NCBI GenBank assembly: GCA_035651675.1
Contig: DASRFH010000111.1
Location: forward strand, 9,605 to 73,604
From: Chloroflexota bacterium
GTDB lineage: Bacteria; Chloroflexota; UBA6077; FW602-bin22
Length of the DNA stretch: 64,000 bases
Direction: 5' to 3'
The notes under the pieces are model-generated. The model was not told where the DNA came from. It worked only from the letters and a program-made list of their open reading frames with translations, and made no database searches. The translations under genes and the position numbers were made by a program. Below are positions 40,644-47,333 of this stretch, piece by piece (within the stretch, counting starts at the first letter, position 1; every line of letters begins with the position of its first letter).

Positions 40644-41870
40644 CTACGCGTACTCTTTGAACTTGACGCGGAAGGCGGAGGTGCGCCTCAGCTTCTGAAG
40701 CACCTCCCCTTCGATCTGGCGGACACGCTCGCGGCTGATGCCGAGCTCCTTGCCGACCTCACCGAGCGTCCGCTCCTCCCCGCCGCGGTCGAGCCCGAAG
40801 CGCAGGCGGAGCACCTCAGCCTCGCGCGGCTTCAGGTGTGCGCGCAGCGCCGCGTCGAGCGTGCCGGCCAAGGCGGCATCCTCCGCCTCCTCGGCTGGCC
40901 CACGTGAGCTCGCGTCCGCGATGAGGTCGGCCACCGTCGAGTCACCTTCGTCGCCGATCGGCGATTCGAGCGAGATTGGGATCCGAGCGGACCGGAACGC
41001 CTCCTCGACCTTCTCGGGCTCGATGCCGAGCCGGTCGCCGATCTCCTTCGCCGACGCCGGACGCCCGAGCTCGTGCTGGAGGTCGCGCGCCGTGTTGTAC
41101 AGCTTGGTGAGCTGGGCGATGACGTGGACCGGCAGCCGGATCGTCCGCCCCTGGTCGGCGACGGCCCGGCCGATCTCCTGGCGGATCCACCAGTAGGCGT
41201 AGGTTGAGAACCGGAAGCCGCGCCGCCAGTCGAACTTCTCCACCGCGCGGTGCAGGCCGATGTTGCCTTCTTGGACCAGATCCAGGAACGACAGGCCACG
41301 GCCCATGTACTTCTTCGCGACCGAGACGACCAGGCGCAAGTTCGACTCGATCATCCGCTGGCGAGCGCGCTCGCCCTTGCGTTCGATCTCGCGCAGCTCG
41401 CGGCGCCGGTGGGCGTCGTCGACGCCCTCTTCGAGCTGGCGCTTGGCGGCCTTGCCCGCCTCCATCTCCTTGGCGAGCTGGACCTCCTGGTCGGCGGTCA
41501 GCAGCGGCGTGCGGCTGATCTCGCGCAGGTAGATGGACGTTGGGTCGGAGATGTCGTACTCGAAGTCGGCCGGGACGGGCGCCTCGGCTTCCTCTTCTTC
41601 CTCCTCCTCCTCGGCGAGCGCTTCGGCAGTGGGCTCCTCAGGCTCGGGCTCGAGCGCGCGGGCCCCGGCCTCGGCCAGGTTGTGTAGCTCGTCCCAGGGG
41701 TTGGTGTCCCGCTCGACGAGCTGCAAGCCCGCCTCGCGCGCGAGCTCACTCGCTTCGTTGGGGTCGGCCGGCGAATCGGACGCCGCCTCGACCACCTCTT
41801 CCAGGGTGATCCAACCGCGCGCGCGGGCTGCCTCGACCGCCTGGTGGTGCCCCTCCTGCGCCTGGGTCAT
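40644..41870 (-). CDS. rpoD: Primary RNA polymerase sigma factor (sigma-70 family, RpoD/SigA)
   Basis: 408 aa from ATG 41870, with GGGAGG upstream. It has an acidic region 1 ([11 protein letters not shown]), region 1.2 [16 protein letters not shown], region 2 [35 protein letters not shown], and region 4.2 [20 protein letters not shown]. Confidence 0.92.
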   Translation of the reverse strand: MTQAQEGHHQAVEAARARGWITLEEVVEAASDSPADPNEASELAREAGLQLVERDTNPWDELHNLAEAGARALEPEPEEPTAEALAEEEEEEEEAEAPVPADFEYDISDPTSIYLREISRTPLLTADQEVQLAKEMEAGKAAKRQLEEGVDDAHRRRELREIERKGERARQRMIESNLRLVVSVAKKYMGRGLSFLDLVQEGNIGLHRAVEKFDWRRGFRFSTYAYWWIRQEIGRAVADQGRTIRLPVHVIAQLTKLYNTARDLQHELGRPASAKEIGDRLGIEPEKVEEAFRSARIPISLESPIGDEGDSTVADLIADASSRGPAEEAEDAALAGTLDAALRAHLKPREAEVLRLRFGLDRGGEERTLGEVGKELGISRERVRQIEGEVLQKLRRTSAFRVKFKEYA

Positions 41871-41895
41871 GAAGCTACCTCCCGGACAGCCCCAA

Positions 41896-42270
41896 TCATG
41901 CCACGCGGCGCGCCTCGCGTTTTGTCTGACATTCCACACAGAGGGTGGCTTCTGGCCGCGCCCGCAGGCGCTCGTCCGGGATCTTCTTGCCGCAGTCGGC
42001 ACAAATGCCGTACTTGCCCTCGGCCAGCCGTGCCTGTGCCTCCTTGACTTGTTGGGCCTCCTGCTCGAGCACCCATTCGGTCGTGTCGTGGAGCTCGCGC
42101 TGGTGCACGTAGTCGGCCACGTCGGCTGGGTGCTGATCGACGACGGTGAGCTCGCCCGTCTCCTCGCGCTGATCGCCCGTGTACGCCATGTCGGCACCTT
42201 CGCGGATCTGTTCAATCTCTTGGGCTTTCGCACGGAGCACCTCCGCGGGCGACAGCTTCTTCCTGGGCAT
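41896..42270 (-). CDS. DksA/TraR-family C4 zinc-finger protein
   Basis: 124 aa from ATG 42270, with AGGAG upstream. A coiled-coil region is followed by [26 protein letters not shown]. Confidence 0.8.
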   Translation of the reverse strand: MPRKKLSPAEVLRAKAQEIEQIREGADMAYTGDQREETGELTVVDQHPADVADYVHQRELHDTTEWVLEQEAQQVKEAQARLAEGKYGICADCGKKIPDERLRARPEATLCVECQTKREARRVA

Positions 42271-42430
42271 GGCATCACTCCTGGCGTGACTTAGGCGAGC
42301 GGAGGGCACGCCGCGTGCCATCGGCAGTCTGCCCCTCCGGGCGGGAGCGAGGCGCCGGGTCGACGCCGACCGGGGTCCTGCGCGAGCGCCTGGAGTGGGC
42401 CTTGATCCCGTTCGAATGGTCGTCGGCTGC

Positions 42431-43084
42431 CTAGAGTGGTGCCTCGAGCTCGGTCAGCGCGGCGAGGTGGGCGTCGTCGCCGCTCCGCAGCAGTCGGCCG
42501 GTCCGGGTGCCCGGGTCCCAGACCACTTCGGTCAGGCTGGCGTTCCCGACCAGCCAGTTGCGCCAGGCGGCGGCCGGCTGGCCGTGGAGCAGCGCCAGGA
42601 AGAACGAAATGACGCCCCCGTGCGTCACGACGGCGACCTGCTCGCCGGCGTGGGCGGCCGCGATGCGATGGAGCACGCGCATGACGCGCTCGGCGAACTC
42701 CGCGCGCGTCTCGCCGCCGGGCCAGGCGATCGCCTCGTCGTCCGCGCTCTTGTCTTCGTCCATCAGGTGGGGGTAGCGAGCTCTGATCTCCTCGAACGGG
42801 AGGCCGTCCAACTCGCCGAAGTGCATCTCGCGCAGGTCCGGGTCGAAGATCGGGACGTGGCCGGTCAGCGCGCCGATCGCCTCGGCGGTGCGTCGGGCAC
42901 GCCGGAGCGGGCTGGCGTAGAGCGCCGCCGCGCGTCCGTGGGCGCGGTTGAAGTGGTCGGCGAGCAGCCGCACCTGCTGCTCGCCGCGCGGCGAGAGGTC
43001 GCTGTCGGTCCAGCCGGAGAGCCGCTGGGCGACGTTGTCGACGGTCTCGGCATGACGGACGAGCAGGAGGATCGATTCGGCCAT
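42431..43084 (-). CDS. Histidine phosphatase (phosphoglycerate mutase superfamily)
   Basis: 217 aa from ATG 43084. It has the catalytic RHG-type motif LLLVRHAETVDN plus SPLRRARRTAE and VVTHGGVI. Confidence 0.85.
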   Translation of the reverse strand: MAESILLLVRHAETVDNVAQRLSGWTDSDLSPRGEQQVRLLADHFNRAHGRAAALYASPLRRARRTAEAIGALTGHVPIFDPDLREMHFGELDGLPFEEIRARYPHLMDEDKSADDEAIAWPGGETRAEFAERVMRVLHRIAAAHAGEQVAVVTHGGVISFFLALLHGQPAAAWRNWLVGNASLTEVVWDPGTRTGRLLRSGDDAHLAALTELEAPL

Positions 43085-43125
43085 CGGCCGATCGTAGCAA
43101 CCGCCGCGCGGAGCCGGGCTGGGTT

Positions 43126-44052
43126 TTAACGGATCGTCGATAGCCAGCGTTGGTAGCCCTGGGCCTGGTCGGCTGTGAGCGCCCTCGGCAGTCGGATCAG
43201 GCTCTTGCGCGCCGGGTCGGCGAACACGTACGGCGTGTACTCCGGCGCGCCCTTCGGCTGTGTCGTGAGCGCCTGGAGGCGTGCGCGGAGGGAGGCCTCG
43301 TCGGGGAACAGCTCGATCGTCGAGTCGTCGCCGGCGGCGCGCGCGTCCCGCCAGACGATCTTCGAGCTGTACTGCCCGGGCTTGCCGAGCTGGTGGCTCG
43401 GATCCGACGCGGCGGTGAGCGCCTGGACGTTCTGGACGGGCAGTCCGCTCGCCTTGAGCGAGCTGATCAGCACCATCTCCGTGGCGCTGCTGACGAGCTC
43501 CTGGGTGTTCGGGACGGCGGCCGCGGCGATGCCGGCGAGCGAGCCGCTCGCCTCCGGCGTCGCGACGACGACCGGGCGCGGCGTGGCGGTGGGGGCCAGT
43601 GCCGGCCGGCCCGCCGCGGCAGCCACGGGTGTCGACCGGGCGGTCGCGGCGACGGACGAGGGCTCGGGTGGCGCTTCCCAGTCGAAGCGCTGGTCGTTCG
43701 AGCGCGACTCGAGCTCGTTCGGCCCGTGGGCCCAAGTGCGCGCGCCGTCGGTGAAGGCGACCGTCCGGTCGCTCTTCCGCCACACCATCAACCCCCCGGT
43801 GGTGCGCTGGAGCGCGTCGCCGTTCTCCGGGTTGTAGTGCTGGTTCTCGAGGCAGTCGCCGACCTGGTCCGGGATCTCGGAGCGCAGCAGCCGCATCTCG
43901 AACTGGAAGTAGCAGCGGGGAGGGGGCGGTGCGATGTCCCGGCCGCTGCCGAAGGTGGGCAGGAGGCCGGGGCGCACGACGACGAGGCCGCCGACCGACA
44001 CCAGCAGGCCGAGCAGCAGCCGCACGGGGCCGCGCAGGAAGCCGAACGGCAC
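43126..44052 (-). CDS. Membrane-anchored/secreted hypothetical protein
   Basis: 308 aa with an N-terminal hydrophobic anchor VRLLLGLLVSVGGLVVV. A small globular segment GDCLENQHYNPENGDALQRTTGGLMVWRKSDRTVAFTDGARTWAHGPNELESRSNDQRFDWE is followed by a PA-rich linker and a C-terminal domain. No family assigned. Confidence 0.6.
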   Translation of the reverse strand: MPFGFLRGPVRLLLGLLVSVGGLVVVRPGLLPTFGSGRDIAPPPPRCYFQFEMRLLRSEIPDQVGDCLENQHYNPENGDALQRTTGGLMVWRKSDRTVAFTDGARTWAHGPNELESRSNDQRFDWEAPPEPSSVAATARSTPVAAAAGRPALAPTATPRPVVVATPEASGSLAGIAAAAVPNTQELVSSATEMVLISSLKASGLPVQNVQALTAASDPSHQLGKPGQYSSKIVWRDARAAGDDSTIELFPDEASLRARLQALTTQPKGAPEYTPYVFADPARKSLIRLPRALTADQAQGYQRWLSTIR

Positions 44053-44165
44053 GCGCTAGTCTCGCTGTTCCCGTGATCGAGTGCTCGGGCGGCCCCACCG
44101 AACAGTCGCGCGCCCGCCCGGCTGCGAGCGTATCGTACGCCCCGGCCTGGTGGGGCGTCTAGCCT

Positions 44166-44522
44166 CTAGACGCCCACCTCACGGACGGCGATGACGAGAC
44201 CGGCGAGCGCCGTGGCGGCCAGCGCGCACCCAAGCACGATCGCGCCGGCGCCGGCCGGGATGCCGACGAACGCGACCCACACGAACAACCCGATCGGGCA
44301 GCAGGCGAGAACCGCCCAGCCGAGCGCTGTGCGCGCGCGCCGCGGCAGGGCACCGCCGAGTGCCGCGGCAACGGCCACGAGGCCCGAGAGGCCGAGAATG
44401 GCGGCGCCAACCAGCGGCCGACCTTGCGCGGCCGGGATGAGGACGTACGCGACAACCATCGCGACGAGGCCGAGGGCGGCAACGGTCATCGCCGTGCGCG
44501 TCCGCGTCATAGGCGGACGCAT
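44166..44522 (-). CDS. Small integral membrane protein (about 4 TM), unknown function
   Basis: 118 aa, almost entirely hydrophobic Ala/Gly/Leu/Val segments separated by short Arg/Pro loops. Confidence 0.5.
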   Translation of the reverse strand: MRPPMTRTRTAMTVAALGLVAMVVAYVLIPAAQGRPLVGAAILGLSGLVAVAAALGGALPRRARTALGWAVLACCPIGLFVWVAFVGIPAGAGAIVLGCALAATALAGLVIAVREVGV

Positions 44523-44566
44523 TTTACGGATTCAGGAAGTGTGCTTCATAGAAATCGGCGCGGCTG

Positions 44567-44821
44567 CTAGGGCGCCCGCTTGCTGCCGTTGCCTGGCTCG
44601 CCCTCGGCGCCCAACAGGAGGGCGCGGAGGTGGCGGCAGAGAGGACAAGAACAGGCTTCGTTGCCCTGGGCGTGCAGGACGAGCGCTCGGCGCACGCCGT
44701 CCTCGAGCTGGCGGCAGCGGGCCTCGAGCGCGCGAACGCGCCGGCGCAGCTCGGCCGGACGCTCGCGCTCGGCGATGTCGGCGGCTGCTGCCACCTCCGT
44801 GGACGCCCCGAACTTCACCAT
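44567..44821 (-). CDS. Small hypothetical protein (84 aa) with coiled-coil-like segment and CSCPLC motif
   Basis: MVKFGASTEVAAAADIAERERPAELRRRVRALEARCRQLEDGVRRALVLHAQGNEACSCPLCRHL... Third positions are mostly G/C from the ATG at 44821. A competing plus-strand frame also has high GC3, so coding status is uncertain. Confidence 0.35.
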   Translation of the reverse strand: MVKFGASTEVAAAADIAERERPAELRRRVRALEARCRQLEDGVRRALVLHAQGNEACSCPLCRHLRALLLGAEGEPGNGSKRAP

Positions 44822-45247
44822 CGCTGCTTCCCACCCGACCACTGGCTGCGCCCGTACAGGCCCGCGACCACCCGAGGCGGGGCCTGCGACCTTGGCCTGC
44901 GCAGAGATTCGCACTCCGACGGGCGGTTCTGCCGACCGGACGTCGCGGCTGTTCACCGCTCGCGCCTGGCGGCATTGTAGGTCGTCCTGCCGCTGCTGAC
45001 CAAGGCCTCCGGGGGGTGTTCCGCGGCCCCGCTCGCTGGTCGGTTTTCTCCCGCGTGCCCGAATTCCGACCTGCGCTGGCGTTCATACAAACAGCACCCC
45101 TCGCACGCCACCGGTCGCGGGGCGGCGCGGCGGCACGCCCCCAAGGAGGCGCGGATTGTCGAGCCGCGGCCATTGGCGCGGGTCGGCGTGTTCGCGGCGG
45201 ACTGGCCACTCGCGTGGCCGTACATCGGAAAGCACAGGAGGCACAAG

Positions 45248-47128
45248 ATGGACCGAACACCGACGCGCGTGCCCGGCGGCGGCTGCTGCGATGGCTGCGA
45301 CGTAGACATCAGCATCGAGTGTCGCGGCGACGTGAACATCTACAACTGCGCGACGCCCGGCCGGCCCGATCCGAGCTGTCCCGCCTGCCAGCCGTGCTTC
45401 CCCCCTACGGGTGCATGCCTGCCTGTCGTCCCGGGCGCCAAGCACAAGCTGAGCCGCGACTACAAGCTGGCGAAGCTGGCCGAACGGGTTCGGGTGCCGA
45501 GCGCGCTGGCGGCGGGCGCCGTGCACTTGACACGCCGGTTCGTCTCGGGGAAAGCCGCCGCGAACCCTCTCGAGGCAGCGGCGTTCGCGACCTTGGGGCG
45601 GATGCCGCGCGACCTACTGGCGTGTACGGTCGCGGCGTTCGACGCCGTTCCGGCACCGCAGCGCAGCCGCCTCTTCGCGCCGAGCCTCGCCCTCGACCCG
45701 GAACAGCCGCTGGACGAGACGACGCTGACGGCCGCGCTGCGGCAGGAGATCCTGCAGCGGATCGGCGTGCAGGTGTTCGACGATCCAAACGGGGCCGACC
45801 AGGAGCGCCCGGGCAAGATGCGCGTGTACGAGCCCCAGGGCGAGGACTTCTTCTCCCAGGTGCGCATCTGTTCGATCAACGACCTGCGCACCGCCAATTT
45901 CATCCCGGCGATCAACCCTGGCGATTACCTCCCGAGCGAGCTCCAGCAGGACTGCGCTCCGCAGATCGTGGACGGGCAGGCGCAGGTGGTCTGCCAGGTG
46001 CGCACGACGGATTGCCCCGGCAACTCGCTCGGCACGGTCTGCACCCGTGTCCCCGAGGTGGCCCTCGGCGATGGGGTTGTCCTGCAAGGGGTGAACTACT
46101 TCAGCGTCGACGCCAAGGTGCGGTTCACTGACAGGCAGACCGGCACCCCTGTGCGCGACGTGGACACGCACGTCTGGGGCGACGTCGACACGCCTGTGAC
46201 CGAGGTCGTCGGCGGCCAGACCGTCCTGGTCAACGACTGCCGCGTCCACGACCGGCTGACGTTCAGCGTCCCGAACGATCTCGCGCCGGGCGTGTACCAG
46301 ATCCAGGTCGTCGTGCCGAACATCACGGGGATCGGCATCTTCGGGACCGAGCTCGTGTCGAACGCTGAGTTCATCAACGTAATCCCGCCGGCGACCGCTC
46401 GGTTCGAGATCTACACGGAGAAGATCAGGGCGCGGGAGGAGACCTCACCCGCGTGGCTGGGCTCGGACGAGGTCGGGCTGCACACCCTGGCGGCCGCGAT
46501 CGATCTCAACTTCCAGCTCGTGAACCCGCAGAGCCCGGTCCAGGAGCAGACGTTCAAGGACATCCAGGACGTGGACTTCGACTCCGGCACCCAGCGCGAC
46601 ATCACGCGCAAGGTGTTCCAGCACGATCAGCCGATCCTCGGGATGGTCATGGTGGTGCTTGGCGACGAGATCGACAGCCAGCGCTTCTACGACAAGGAAG
46701 TTACGAGCCAGACCGACTTCTTCCTCGATCTTCTGAAGAAAGAAGCGGCGTTCATCGGCGCGGCGCTGGCGGCGCTGGGGGGCGCGTCGGCGCTCACGAA
46801 GCTGGGAACAGCCGGGCTGATCATCGCCGGCATCGCCCTCGTGCTCACGCTCGGGGTCGACCTCATCATCACGTTGTGGGCGCCGGCCGACCCGATCATC
46901 CGCGACGCGATCGGGCTGTCGGTCACCGACCTGGCGGCGCTGACCAGCGCCAACGCCCCGGCGCCCGACCCCACGACCTTCACGGCCGAAGAGGGGATCG
47001 TCGTCAACGTCAACAAGGGGATCCCGCCGGTCAAGCTGCCTCTCGAGTACCACGAAACGCGCGAGTACGTGAGCGACGACGAGGATAGCCGGTACGAGCT
47101 GACCTACCGCTACAACCACGTCGCGTGA
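45248..47128 (+). CDS. Large hypothetical protein 1 (626 aa): N-terminal Cys cluster, Ig-like beta-sandwich, buried glycine-zipper hydrophobic hairpin
   Basis: ATG at 45248 lies 6 nt after CAGGAGG. No signal peptide. Features: GGGCCDGCDVDISIECRGDVNIYNCATPGRPDPSCPACQPCFPPTGAC; an IPT/TIG-like stretch GVVLQGVNYFSVDAKVRFTD...APGVYQIQVVVPN; and AAFIGAALAALGGASALTKLGTAGLIIAGIALVLTLGVDLIITLW. No family recognised. Confidence 0.75.
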   Translation: MDRTPTRVPGGGCCDGCDVDISIECRGDVNIYNCATPGRPDPSCPACQPCFPPTGACLPVVPGAKHKLSRDYKLAKLAERVRVPSALAAGAVHLTRRFVSGKAAANPLEAAAFATLGRMPRDLLACTVAAFDAVPAPQRSRLFAPSLALDPEQPLDETTLTAALRQEILQRIGVQVFDDPNGADQERPGKMRVYEPQGEDFFSQVRICSINDLRTANFIPAINPGDYLPSELQQDCAPQIVDGQAQVVCQVRTTDCPGNSLGTVCTRVPEVALGDGVVLQGVNYFSVDAKVRFTDRQTGTPVRDVDTHVWGDVDTPVTEVVGGQTVLVNDCRVHDRLTFSVPNDLAPGVYQIQVVVPNITGIGIFGTELVSNAEFINVIPPATARFEIYTEKIRAREETSPAWLGSDEVGLHTLAAAIDLNFQLVNPQSPVQEQTFKDIQDVDFDSGTQRDITRKVFQHDQPILGMVMVVLGDEIDSQRFYDKEVTSQTDFFLDLLKKEAAFIGAALAALGGASALTKLGTAGLIIAGIALVLTLGVDLIITLWAPADPIIRDAIGLSVTDLAALTSANAPAPDPTTFTAEEGIVVNVNKGIPPVKLPLEYHETREYVSDDEDSRYELTYRYNHVA

Positions 47129-47333
47129 CCGATGGTCACTGCCTACTTGCCTGGTGCCTCGCTGGCCGAGCGCGCGGCCGGGACTCAACCAAGTCTCACC
47201 CACGGAGCAACCGTCCCTACGCCCTGCGGCAGTGTCCGGCTGGTAGCCTGGTCCCTCGAGTGGCCGAGGTGATCTCGGCGAGCTCGAACGCTGGTCGTGT
47301 TCCTGGCGTGCCTCGATCGTCGGAGGATGAGTG

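Noticed and set aside
44630-44980. 116-aa plus-strand ORF opposite the small CSCPLC ORF.
   Set aside because: It also has high GC3, but there is no SD and no motif, and the sequence looks less protein-like. I kept the minus-strand ORF, at low confidence only.
47165-47190. GCGGCCGGGACTCAACC resembling the tRNA-Trp T-arm/acceptor 3' region (GCGGAGGGACTCGAACC), considered as a possible att remnant.
   Set aside because: The alignment needs two indels and a mismatch over 17 nt. There is no integrase, and it would delimit only protein 2. This is compatible with chance in GC-rich DNA.
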